Shown: piece by piece, positions 27,626 through 36,410 of the stretch
Position numbering within the stretch: position 1 is the stretch's first letter
Layout of the letters: each line of letters begins with the position of its first letter
IMG/VR virus record: IMGVR_UViG_3300037475_000049
Location: 1-61,990 of that record
DNA length: 61,990 nucleotides
DNA from: a virus
Lineage: Duplodnaviria; Caudoviricetes
Reading direction: 5' to 3' (one strand)
Translations under genes and position numbers: made by a program
Notes under the pieces: generated by a model
What the model saw: the letters and a program-made list of their open reading frames with translations, nothing else
Told to the model about the DNA's origin: nothing
Databases searched by the model: none

Positions 27626-29559
27626 CGGACTACCCTCCAGTTGATCGTGATAGCCCCTGGAGTTATCGAGGACAGAGTGTTATTACACACCTTGAAGTTC
27701 ACGGTGTTCGCGGTGGGATAAGGAATGATTGTCAGCATTCCAGTAGTCAGCGGGACATAGCCCGTTACTGCGGTAGGATCTCCATTGAAGCTGGCAATGA
27801 TTGCGTCGGTGGTAAGCGCTCCCGTAGCCGTATCGGTCTGAGCCGCCGAACAGGTAGCGCTTCCTATGGCATTTGTTGCAAGCGCCTTCGCCCCGCTAGC
27901 GATGAGCCGCGCCCCGCAAAGAGAGGCCCATGTTGCTGTCGTGGTTACCGCTACGTTTGTATTCGGAGCAAGCGCGCTATAGCCACATCCCCCGCTGACC
28001 ACGGTATCGTTCACGTTGTAATTTGCGGTCGAGTTCCAGGTGCCCTTGAAGTTCATCAAGGTCACTGGAAGCGTCAATTGCCCAGTACCGGACTGCAAAG
28101 AGCAAGCGTCGAGATAGAAGCCAATGCTTGAACTACCGCCATTGCCGGTGATCTGACCCTTGAGCGTCGTTACCAAGTTCGATCCGGCCCCGAACAGACT
28201 GATTGGGATTACTATTTGCTGATAGGAGGTGGAATTGCTGCTTAGGAAATTGAAGGCGTTATCTTTAACTACTACCTGAGAACCAACCTGCGTAGAACCA
28301 TTCAGCCAGAACAGCGAAAGAGTGCGTAGGCCGTTAACGCCATTCCCGCTACTAGTAGGCCACTGCGCCTTGGAGCGTATATAACAGACCAATGAGTTCA
28401 GCGTGGAAAGATCGGTAGTCCCCGCAGCAGGCTTAACTAGGGTGAAATTGTTCCCCAAGACTGCCGTAGTCGCCTCAATATCTTTCGTTCCGCGATAGGG
28501 GTTATTGGTCGATGCACAGTTGAGGTTTGCCGAGGTCGCGCAGGTCCATTCTGTATTTTCGTCGTAGATCGTAGTGCTGGCGATTCCACCCGGGGTGCTG
28601 CTTCCAGCCGGGACCAAGACGACATTTAAGGGAAGTTCTGTCGAATAGTCCACAGCGGGTTGCGCAGGAGTCACGGCAGGGGTTCCGGTGAGAAAGTTCG
28701 CTATCCCGGTGTTGTCCACGTAGATTACATCAATACGTGGGTTGGTCATATCGGCAGTAGTGAGTGTCAGGCTCGTAAGCGCACTCGAATATTGCGTGCC
28801 TCCGATCTGATAGGTTCCCGCCCCGACTTGGAATGTTAGGCCAGAAATGTACTCAATCCCAAGCCCAGTAAGCGGCTGATTTGGAAGCGACCCCGGAGTT
28901 CCGCCACCTGGGGGCCCAGTCGGGCCAGTGGGCCCTGCGGCCCCAGCCCCAGAAAGCACCACACATGAACCACTTTGGGAGTTTTGAAATGTCACCGTGT
29001 AACTATTCGTGGTGGTTGCCTTCTCTGTATTCGTTTCAATCCTCTGTGGCGGGCTCGCGTTGTCATAACATTGAACCTCCACATTGACGGTTCCTAGATT
29101 GTGGGTTAGCGCAACGCTAGTCTGCGAAGAGAATGATTGACTATAGGCCGAAGTTGCTGACGCCGTTGGAGCGGTCCATGTATTCGTAGCGGTACATTCG
29201 TAAATGTTCTGACCCGCCGTTGCATCGGTGGCAAAGTAAATATCACCCACCGTGCACGTAGCTGGAAGGCCAGATATTAACCCTGTCCGCACCCCCTGTA
29301 CGCTGTTATTGGCGCAGGTTCCGGTGACGTTTCCACCAAGGGAAGCGCAAGTCCCTCCTGTCCCTGTTCCCATAGGGGACCATGTATTCGTGGCGGAACA
29401 AAAGAAAGGAGTTTTGCTGGTCGTGTTGTAGTAGATATCGCCGGTAGCTGTCGAACAAGCGACTGGGGCTGAAGGAAAGTATCCTATATGCCGTGCGGTG
29501 GACGTGAACTGCCCAAACGCTGACGTTGCTAAAAAACACAGCAATAGCAGGTACAGCAT
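27622..29559 (-). CDS. Sec-signal fibre-like modular protein
   Basis: GGAGG RBS then MLYLLLLCFLATSAFGQ; repeated P.TC..GDIYF.T...C.ATNTW modules; THNLGT; NPRIDVI; FKGTWNSTANY. Confidence 0.7.
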   Translation of the reverse strand: MLYLLLLCFLATSAFGQFTSTARHIGYFPSAPVACSTATGDIYYNTTSKTPFFCSATNTWSPMGTGTGGTCASLGGNVTGTCANNSVQGVRTGLISGLPATCTVGDIYFATDATAGQNIYECTATNTWTAPTASATSAYSQSFSSQTSVALTHNLGTVNVEVQCYDNASPPQRIETNTEKATTTNSYTVTFQNSQSGSCVVLSGAGAAGPTGPTGPPGGGTPGSLPNQPLTGLGIEYISGLTFQVGAGTYQIGGTQYSSALTSLTLTTADMTNPRIDVIYVDNTGIANFLTGTPAVTPAQPAVDYSTELPLNVVLVPAGSSTPGGIASTTIYDENTEWTCATSANLNCASTNNPYRGTKDIEATTAVLGNNFTLVKPAAGTTDLSTLNSLVCYIRSKAQWPTSSGNGVNGLRTLSLFWLNGSTQVGSQVVVKDNAFNFLSSNSTSYQQIVIPISLFGAGSNLVTTLKGQITGNGGSSSIGFYLDACSLQSGTGQLTLPVTLMNFKGTWNSTANYNVNDTVVSGGCGYSALAPNTNVAVTTTATWASLCGARLIASGAKALATNAIGSATCSAAQTDTATGALTTDAIIASFNGDPTAVTGYVPLTTGMLTIIPYPTANTVNFKVCNNTLSSITPGAITINWRVVR

Positions 29560-29571
29560 GATGCCTCCAAA

Positions 29572-29622
29572 CACAACATATAGTGTTACGGACATCTTAA
29601 CCCACAAGATGTTGTGTTGCAA
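29572..29622 (-). promoter_or_regulatory. Promoter of the fibre/lysis operon with tandem NrdR-like boxes
   Basis: TTGCAA-17-TAAGAT; boxes CACAACATATAGTG (29572) and CACAAGATGTTGTG (29603), 31 bp apart. Confidence 0.75.
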
Positions 29623-29642
29623 TGAATGCTTTCAGAAACTAC

Positions 29643-29671
29643 TTGCTAAACGTCTAGGATACCGCTAGACT
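29643..29671 (+). promoter_or_regulatory. Promoter of the glycosyltransferase operon
   Basis: TTGCTA-17-TAGACT. Confidence 0.6.
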
Positions 29672-29676
29672 GTTTT

Positions 29677-29829
29677 TTGGTATCCCGACCCAAAAACTGG
29701 ACCGCAGTGCAGATGGGACGCATCGGCGGCAAGAAGCGCATGGCTAAGATGACCAAAGAGCAGCGCACGGAGCTTGCGCGGGCTGCGGCTAGAGCGCGTT
29801 GGGATAAGAAGAAACAGGAGAACCAGTGA
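29677..29829 (+). CDS. Small basic putative nucleic-acid-binding protein (not in ORF track)
   Basis: KNWTAVQMGRIGGKKRMAKMTKEQRTELARAAARARW. Confidence 0.7.
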   Translation: MVSRPKNWTAVQMGRIGGKKRMAKMTKEQRTELARAAARARWDKKKQENQ

Positions 29830-29945
29830 CTTGGCTTGATTGGATGGCGCTGGGAGCCTTATTCCTGGCTGTCGTGCTGGAGATGCGTTGGTTCAACCGT
29901 GATTTGTGGCCGAAGTGGTGGAATATTTTTGACTGGAGACTATGA
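29826..29945 (+). CDS. 39-aa Trp-rich membrane peptide
   Basis: GTGA and ATGA overlaps on both sides. Confidence 0.45.
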   Translation: MTWLDWMALGALFLAVVLEMRWFNRDLWPKWWNIFDWRL

Positions 29946-31093
29946 GCCAAACCCCGATCCTTTTCCTTTCCGATAGTCCAGATATCCAGACCGGACTTGC
30001 GAGGATTACCCGCGATCTCGCCTGCATGACCGCTTCCCTGCCAGAGTTCCGAGTGGCAACGCTGGGGCGGGGCGGCTACGGCTCCGCCAAATTGCCATTT
30101 GCGCAATACAACTTCCCGGAAGCGCATCAGTGGGGCGAAGACCACCTAGAGCGCGCCTGGAAAGAGTTCTCGCGCGGCAAGATGGGGATCATCATGACCA
30201 TCTGGGACCCTAGCCGCCTCCTGTGGTTCTCGCAACCCTCTCAAGCCATGGGCGACGGGCTCTACAAGTTCCTCACGGGTGGTACGTTCCTCAAGTATGG
30301 CTATTTCCCCGTCGATGGCACGGGCATCAGCGATAAACTAACCCGAATGAGCGCGGCCACGATCCAAGGCTACAATCGCGTCCTAGCCTACACTGCATGG
30401 GGTGCTGGCGTGATCGAGCGCACCATCGGGAGGCCCGTGGACTGGATTCCGCACGGCTTTGACGGCGAGAAGTTCCAGCCCCGCGACAAGAAAGCCTCTC
30501 GGATGATGATGGGGGTGGCTGATGATGAAATCCTGATAGGGATGAACGCCACCAACCAAGCCCGCAAGGACTGGGGAATCGCATTCGCAGCGATTGCGGC
30601 GCTCCAGACGAAGCGCAAGGTTAAGTTCTGGATACATACGGACGTTCTGGAGCGGCACTGGTCGCTGAACGCGCTTGCTGCTGACTTTGGCGTGTCGCCT
30701 ACGGTTACGCTGTGCGGGACCAAGACGGATGTTGAGTTGTCGTACCATTACGCAGCGTGCAATCTAACAATCCTGCCATCAAGCGAAGGCTACGGATTCC
30801 CGCTGGTCGAGTCGATGGCCTGCGGAGTGCCGGTGATTCACGGCAGTTACGGCGGTGGGGCTGAACTAATCCCCCGTGAATCGTGGTTGGTCGCGCCGAC
30901 ATCGTTCCATCTGGAGACGCCACAAAATGTGCTTCGGCCCGTGTGGGAACCGAACGATTGGGTTGCGGCGATTGAACGAGTACTAGAGGAGAAGCCGAGC
31001 GCGGAGGAGTGCAGGGCTGCTACGGATCACCTGCAATGGTGCAATCTGTTCCCTTCAGCTTGGAAACGCTGGTTCCTTGAGGGTTTGGGATGA
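29942..31093 (+). CDS. GT-B (GT4-like) glycosyltransferase
   Basis: SDSPDIQTGLAR; NQARKDW; SEGYGFPLVESMACGVPVI. Confidence 0.9.
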   Translation: MSQTPILFLSDSPDIQTGLARITRDLACMTASLPEFRVATLGRGGYGSAKLPFAQYNFPEAHQWGEDHLERAWKEFSRGKMGIIMTIWDPSRLLWFSQPSQAMGDGLYKFLTGGTFLKYGYFPVDGTGISDKLTRMSAATIQGYNRVLAYTAWGAGVIERTIGRPVDWIPHGFDGEKFQPRDKKASRMMMGVADDEILIGMNATNQARKDWGIAFAAIAALQTKRKVKFWIHTDVLERHWSLNALAADFGVSPTVTLCGTKTDVELSYHYAACNLTILPSSEGYGFPLVESMACGVPVIHGSYGGGAELIPRESWLVAPTSFHLETPQNVLRPVWEPNDWVAAIERVLEEKPSAEECRAATDHLQWCNLFPSAWKRWFLEGLG

Positions 31094-31728
31094 TCCCTTT
31101 CATCTGCGTAGCGGAACCTAACAATGAAGATATTGGGCCAGTGCGCCAGTACCACACGTACTACGCAACTCATGCTTGCGATCCAATAGCCGTGTTTATG
31201 CACAACGATGTGGATATTTTTGAGCCTTGGGAAGATCGCGTAATGGCGGAGTTCGATGACCCCAAGGTAGGAATAGTAGGGTTCGGTGGAGCAGTGGGTA
31301 TCGGTACTGCGGAGATTTATAAGCGACCATATGACATCTGGCAACTTCAGAGAATCGGGTACCGCTCGAATCAACGGGACTGGCATATTCATGGGACTCA
31401 TGAAACAGGAGCATGCAATGTGGCAGTTGTCGATGGCTTCTTTATCGCTGCGCGTAAAGATTTTCTGTTTCAAATCAAGGGATGGTCTTGGTTCCCATTT
31501 CAGTTTCACTGCTACGACACCGCTATCTGCTTGATGGCAGCACGCCATGGGTGGAAGGTTCGCATGGTTGGAATTGACTGCACCCATCGCGGCGGCAGCG
31601 CGTCTATAACGCCTGAGTACAAGGCGCGTTGCGAGAAGGCGGGAACTACTATTGAGCGCGAGCATTCAGAGCCTCACAAATGGCTTTATTCTGAGTTCAA
31701 AGATTGCTTGCCGCTGAGGGTTGCATGA
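31090..31728 (+). CDS. GT-A (GT2-like) glycosyltransferase
   Basis: FMHNDV; VGIVGFGG; VAVVDGFFI; FHCYDTAIC. Confidence 0.8.
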   Translation: MIPFICVAEPNNEDIGPVRQYHTYYATHACDPIAVFMHNDVDIFEPWEDRVMAEFDDPKVGIVGFGGAVGIGTAEIYKRPYDIWQLQRIGYRSNQRDWHIHGTHETGACNVAVVDGFFIAARKDFLFQIKGWSWFPFQFHCYDTAICLMAARHGWKVRMVGIDCTHRGGSASITPEYKARCEKAGTTIEREHSEPHKWLYSEFKDCLPLRVA

Positions 31729-32225
31729 ATCGTTACAACCTTTGCAGTGGTCAGCGACCATTCTCAGCGCCCTTTATCAATGTGGATTCGCAAGCCAAAT
31801 GGAACCCGGATGTGGTGGCCGACTGCTCGCACATGCCGATGTTCGAGGATGCCAGCGCGGACATGATCGTAATCCATCACGGATTAGAACACTTCGGCTG
31901 CGGTGAGGCGGACGCGATGCTGAAGGAGTGCTACCGGATACTGGCACCTGACGGCTCCTTGATCGTGTGCGTGCCGCACATGCGAGCACTCGCGCAGCGT
32001 TGGCTAGCGCGGCAGATGGATGACCAAATCTATTTCACTAACCTGTACGGGGCTTATATGGGCGAAGAGGCGGATCGGCATCGCTGGGGATTCTCTGAAG
32101 TGTCGCTGTTCGAGACGCTGGCCGTATGTCCCTGGATGCGGATCAGAAAGTTCGACTGGCGCGAGATACCTGGGGCTGACATCGCTAAAGATTTTTGGAT
32201 TCTAGGAATGGAAGCCATTAAATGA
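31725..32225 (+). CDS. Class I SAM methyltransferase
   Basis: NLCSG...INVD...HHGLEH...ECYRILAPDG.L..CVP. Confidence 0.8.
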   Translation: MNRYNLCSGQRPFSAPFINVDSQAKWNPDVVADCSHMPMFEDASADMIVIHHGLEHFGCGEADAMLKECYRILAPDGSLIVCVPHMRALAQRWLARQMDDQIYFTNLYGAYMGEEADRHRWGFSEVSLFETLAVCPWMRIRKFDWREIPGADIAKDFWILGMEAIK

Positions 32226-32437
32226 AGCAGATCAAGGTAGTGGTCGATGGAGTTGCGCCGATCCTCATCACAGCCAATGCGGGATGTTTTCTGAGAGTGG
32301 ACAGCGAATCGTCAAACTATTTCAAGGTAACGGCCTACAAGACCTCGAAGGTGCTCGGCGTCAGTTGGCGAGTTTCCAAAAAAGTAGTCGCTGGATTCGC
32401 AATCAATAAATTGGTTCTGTGGACGGAGGTAACGTGA
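32222..32437 (+). CDS. Hypothetical protein
   Basis: 71 aa, coupled both sides. Confidence 0.5.
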   Translation: MKQIKVVVDGVAPILITANAGCFLRVDSESSNYFKVTAYKTSKVLGVSWRVSKKVVAGFAINKLVLWTEVT

Positions 32438-33150
32438 CGCCTGTTCTCATCCCTATCATCAATGGCCGTGAGTTGACCCGCAACTGCATCAATAGCGTGC
32501 TCGCACAAGACGTGCCCTGCGAAGCGTTCGTGCTCGACAATGGCGCGACTGATGGCAGCGGCGAGATGCTCCGCGCATGGGCCGATGATCGCATCCACTA
32601 CATCGCAGCACGCAAGCCGAGCGTTGCGGCGTCATGGAACTTTGGGTTGAAGTGGCTATTCGCACAAGGGCATGCCGCCGTTCTTGTTTTAAATAATGAT
32701 ACCGAGTTACGCCCCGATACTGTGCGCTGGCTGATGGCTGATGGTGGTCCTTTCGTCACGGCGGTCGGCGCGGTGGAAAAAGAGAAGATAGAGCCTCCGT
32801 ACATTCCTCCTGATCCTTCAAAGAAGCGTGACCACCCGGATCACAGTTGCTTTTTGATTAGAAAATCCTGCTATGAAGCTATTGGCGGATTCGATGAGGA
32901 ATATGAAGGAGGCTACGTAGAAGACGCGGAGTGGCACCTATCAATGTATCGCGCTGGAATACCCGCTGTCTGTCTGGAGCTTCCATTCTGGCATCTTGGA
33001 GCAGGGACTATCAAAAACTCTGATCCTGAAATGATGCGCGAGATACAGTTGAGGGCGGATCATAACCGATCTAGGTTCAAAGAGCGTCACGGTGCGGAAG
33101 TTGGCTCTCCTGAATATTACGCCTTGTTCGGTCACGGAGCGCCAGAATGA
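32434..33150 (+). CDS. GT2 glycosyltransferase
   Basis: VLIP..N...DNGATDG...SWNFG...LNNDT...GGFDE...YVEDAE. Confidence 0.9.
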   Translation: MTPVLIPIINGRELTRNCINSVLAQDVPCEAFVLDNGATDGSGEMLRAWADDRIHYIAARKPSVAASWNFGLKWLFAQGHAAVLVLNNDTELRPDTVRWLMADGGPFVTAVGAVEKEKIEPPYIPPDPSKKRDHPDHSCFLIRKSCYEAIGGFDEEYEGGYVEDAEWHLSMYRAGIPAVCLELPFWHLGAGTIKNSDPEMMREIQLRADHNRSRFKERHGAEVGSPEYYALFGHGAPE

Positions 33151-33854
33151 CAAACATCGTTTTGATAACCAACGGTTCCCGTCCCCGCTTGCTAGCTCAA
33201 ACATTACGGACGCTGTACGTCAACACACCAGCGGACCAGTATACGCTGACGATGGTCACGGATGGGCACATAGAATTTCCCTTTGAGCAAGATTGGGGAG
33301 AGCGCATTTCAGTGATTGGGATGCGACCCCCATGCAATATCCTGGGACGCCTAAAGAACTTAGGAATTTATTGGTCCAATAAGCAGTTCGGTCGCGGTGA
33401 GTGGCTTTGTGTTTTGGATGACGATTTAGCGTTCTGGCCGGGATGGTTGGAGAAGATGGCGTATGCACTAGAGTGCAGGAATGAAGTTCGCATCCTAGGC
33501 GGCGTGAGGCATCCCTATCATGGAATAAATGAGATCCTTTCGGCTGATAATTTTAAGCGTGATGTAAAACCAAATGACCTTGTACAGACGATAGAATCCA
33601 CTGACGCCGTTGCTGGCTATTGCCACTTCATGCGCTGGAAGACGTGGGATCGCTTCGGCCCGTATGACGCTCACGCCAAGGGAACAGGGCAGAGCGAGGA
33701 CTTTGCTATCTGTCGCAAGATTGTGGACGCTGGCGGTAAGGTGGGCTATATCCACCCTCCGGTTATGGCGCATTGTGGCGTCACTGATTCGCTTGGCCGT
33801 CCAGCAATCGGCATGGAAAAGATCCAACGCAAACTAGGCGTGCTCTATGAATAG
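33147..33854 (+). CDS. GT2-like glycosyltransferase
   Basis: LDDDL DxD motif; GWLEK; SEDFAIC. Confidence 0.8.
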   Translation: MTNIVLITNGSRPRLLAQTLRTLYVNTPADQYTLTMVTDGHIEFPFEQDWGERISVIGMRPPCNILGRLKNLGIYWSNKQFGRGEWLCVLDDDLAFWPGWLEKMAYALECRNEVRILGGVRHPYHGINEILSADNFKRDVKPNDLVQTIESTDAVAGYCHFMRWKTWDRFGPYDAHAKGTGQSEDFAICRKIVDAGGKVGYIHPPVMAHCGVTDSLGRPAIGMEKIQRKLGVLYE

Positions 33855-34494
33855 GGGCTCGCCAGAGTACATCGAAGCCGTCCAGCGCGTGAAGATCGAC
33901 TACTTTACGGAACACCTTGGGCTGGATATAAAAGGCATTCTGCACGTCGGCACCAACGACGGTTATGAGATGCAGTTCTACCGCAGTATGGGGATTGAGC
34001 ACTTAGCGGGGGTTGATCCGCTGCCTTCGGCAATTGGACTATTCCGGGAACATTATCCGGACATACCTCTATTTGAATACGCACTCTCCGATGTTCCTGG
34101 TAGGGCAATGCTAAACGTGGTCACTCCTGGAGATGGTCAGGGGTCGAGTCTATTGGTTGAGTGTCGGCCTAACCCGGACTACAATTACAATTCTCAGGTA
34201 GAGGTGGAAGTCAGGCGCGGAGATTCGCTGCCTATTGCTTGGGAGAATTTTGACTGTATGGTTGTGGACGTGCAGGGATTAGAGCTTCCAGTTTTAGTGG
34301 GATTTGGAGACGCCCTTCGTGGATTTCGGATGCTCAATATCGAGTGTTCAATTGAGCCCGTATATGAAGGCGGAGCGAGAGCAGCGGACGTGGATAGTTA
34401 TCTAGCCTCAATGGGATTTGTTCGTAAATCTGATTTTGAAATCCATAATGATGTGTTTTGGGTGAGAGAGGACGTGCAATGCCTGAACCATTAG
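33847..34494 (+). CDS. FkbM-family methyltransferase
   Basis: ILHVGTNDG; SSLL; VDVQGLELPVL.G; YEG. Confidence 0.85.
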   Translation: MNRGSPEYIEAVQRVKIDYFTEHLGLDIKGILHVGTNDGYEMQFYRSMGIEHLAGVDPLPSAIGLFREHYPDIPLFEYALSDVPGRAMLNVVTPGDGQGSSLLVECRPNPDYNYNSQVEVEVRRGDSLPIAWENFDCMVVDVQGLELPVLVGFGDALRGFRMLNIECSIEPVYEGGARAADVDSYLASMGFVRKSDFEIHNDVFWVREDVQCLNH

Positions 34495-35171
34495 TCTTCA
34501 CGGCCAACTACACATGGCCCGACGTGGACTGGTCGCTACTCAAGCGCTCCGCAGAGCGCGTGGGCATTGACATTCAAACCTACGGCGATGGTAAAGGATG
34601 GCCCGGTTACGGCGTCGGCAAGCTAGTTGGCCCATTGGAGTTCTTGCGGGGGCGAACAGAAGAGGTGGTGCTGTATACGGATTCGCAAGACTCCTTCCTC
34701 GTGCATGACGCAAAGACGATCCTGAATGGATGGATGCGCTGCGGTGCTCCGCAAGTACTGCTGCAAGCAGAAAAGAACTGCTACCCAGAACCGACATGGG
34801 AACCTGAATATCCGCGTAATGATTCATCATGGCGCTACATCTGCGCTGGCGGCTGGATGGGCACTCGTACTGGCATCATAGCCGCCTTAGAAGAGATCAT
34901 TAGCGGGGGTCAATTCAAAGAGAACTCCCATTGCGATCAGCGGTGCTGGACGGACTGGTATCTTCGTCATCCTAGCGGGAAACTGCGGGCGACTCTCGAT
35001 ACTAATTGTGAAGTTTTCCAGAGTTTCTTTACGGAGACAGAAGTTGCGAACGATGGGCGCAATCTGATTACCGGAACACGCCCTAGTATTTTCCATTTCA
35101 ACGGGCGCACGCATGGGGAACGCGAATGGTACAAGAGGATAACCGGCGATGAACCTCCAAACGTTAGCTGA
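34479..35171 (+). CDS. PLOD/procollagen-GT-like GT-A glycosyltransferase
   Basis: LYTDSQD; AEKNCYP; YICAGGWMG; CDQ; LDTNCEVFQS; HFNG. Confidence 0.75.
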   Translation: MPEPLVFTANYTWPDVDWSLLKRSAERVGIDIQTYGDGKGWPGYGVGKLVGPLEFLRGRTEEVVLYTDSQDSFLVHDAKTILNGWMRCGAPQVLLQAEKNCYPEPTWEPEYPRNDSSWRYICAGGWMGTRTGIIAALEEIISGGQFKENSHCDQRCWTDWYLRHPSGKLRATLDTNCEVFQSFFTETEVANDGRNLITGTRPSIFHFNGRTHGEREWYKRITGDEPPNVS

Positions 35172-35784
35172 GCATACTGTCGATGTAGACTTGCTACCGG
35201 AAGCGCCCATAGTCTTCGACATCGGATGCCGCTGGTTCTCTTTCTCCGCTGAGATTAAGCGTCTTAGGCCCAACGCTCGCGTAGTTTGCTTCGATCCCGA
35301 CCCGCTTGTAGCGCTGGACCCAAAGGGCGGCGAGTTCGAGTTCCAACAGAAGGGAATCGTTGGGAGGCCAGCCATTCCCCACGATGGAACGGCTAGGCTT
35401 TATCGATACCTGGATGGCGTGTCTGATTTCATAGACGGCCTAGCCTGCGAGCACTACTTCAGGGACCATGCAATCTACCAAGGGGATTTTGTAGACGTTT
35501 CGGTAACCACAATCGAGGACGCTATGCGGGATGCCGGGGTCAATCACTTGGATGTAGTTAAGCTCGACTGCGAATGCTCTGAATTTTCCATTCTCGGCAA
35601 TTGGCCTGGGCCAATAGCTACTCAAATTAGCGTGGAGTTCCATGACTGGGCGGATCGGTCTAAGTGGTCTAAGCAATACTTTGATGCCCTGTTCTCTGGG
35701 CCCCTCAAAGACTACAGGATCGTACAGCACGAGGAACACGGCAGCTATTCGTATATGGATTCGCTGTTAGTGCTGAGGGATTAG
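35149..35784 (+). CDS. FkbM-like methyltransferase
   Basis: VFDIGC; FDP; VVKLDCECSE; QISVEFH. Confidence 0.8.
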   Translation: MNLQTLAEHTVDVDLLPEAPIVFDIGCRWFSFSAEIKRLRPNARVVCFDPDPLVALDPKGGEFEFQQKGIVGRPAIPHDGTARLYRYLDGVSDFIDGLACEHYFRDHAIYQGDFVDVSVTTIEDAMRDAGVNHLDVVKLDCECSEFSILGNWPGPIATQISVEFHDWADRSKWSKQYFDALFSGPLKDYRIVQHEEHGSYSYMDSLLVLRD

Positions 35785-35786
35785 CT

Positions 35787-36410
35787 ATGTATGATCTGAG
35801 CGTGTACAACGATCACTTTTTCAGCAACAATCAAGCCGAAGGGCTGCGCCATGCCGAGTGGTTCATGCCGTTACTGGAGGGTTTGTTCCACTTCAAATCT
35901 CTGGTGGATGTTGGCTGCGGGACGGGACACTTTGTGAAGTGGTGTTTGGATCACGGTATAAGTGCAATTGGAATGGAGGGAGCGGACGCGGCAATTGCGC
36001 ACTCTCTCATCCCTAACGATGTGTGGCATCTAGATTTACGGACTTCATGGCCGGGGGCGGCATCCAAGCAGTTCGACCTAACACTTTGCATCGAAGTAGC
36101 CGAACACATCGAAGAGGAATATGTGAACATCTTCGTGGATACGCTGTGTTCGCTTTCCGATACCATCGTGATGACTGCTGCGTCTCCGGGACAAGGTGGC
36201 GAACACCACGTAAACGAGCAACCGCAGGAGTATTGGCAAAGCCTGATGGCGCTACGCGGGTTTGGCTTTGACTTCGCCAAGACGACGGCGCTGAAGGAAG
36301 GTGTGATGGCCGCGCGGGCTAACGGCTTCCACGTTGCTACGTGGCTACCGGGGAATCTGCAATGTTACCGCAAGGCTACTGCGGCGGGGGCGGCGGAGCC
36401 ACAGGCGTAG
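35787..36410 (+). CDS. Class I SAM methyltransferase
   Basis: VDVGCGTG; CIEVAEH; TAASPGQGGEHHVNEQ. Confidence 0.9.
   Translation: MYDLSVYNDHFFSNNQAEGLRHAEWFMPLLEGLFHFKSLVDVGCGTGHFVKWCLDHGISAIGMEGADAAIAHSLIPNDVWHLDLRTSWPGAASKQFDLTLCIEVAEHIEEEYVNIFVDTLCSLSDTIVMTAASPGQGGEHHVNEQPQEYWQSLMALRGFGFDFAKTTALKEGVMAARANGFHVATWLPGNLQCYRKATAAGAAEPQA

Noticed and set aside
28900-28950. Collagen domain as substrate for the PLOD-like GT
   Set aside because: Only about four G-X-Y triplets and no lysine
29560-29622. Extended N-terminus of the fibre ORF (start 29622)
   Set aside because: It overlaps the promoter and operators; ATG 29559 has a GGAGG RBS and gives a clean signal peptide
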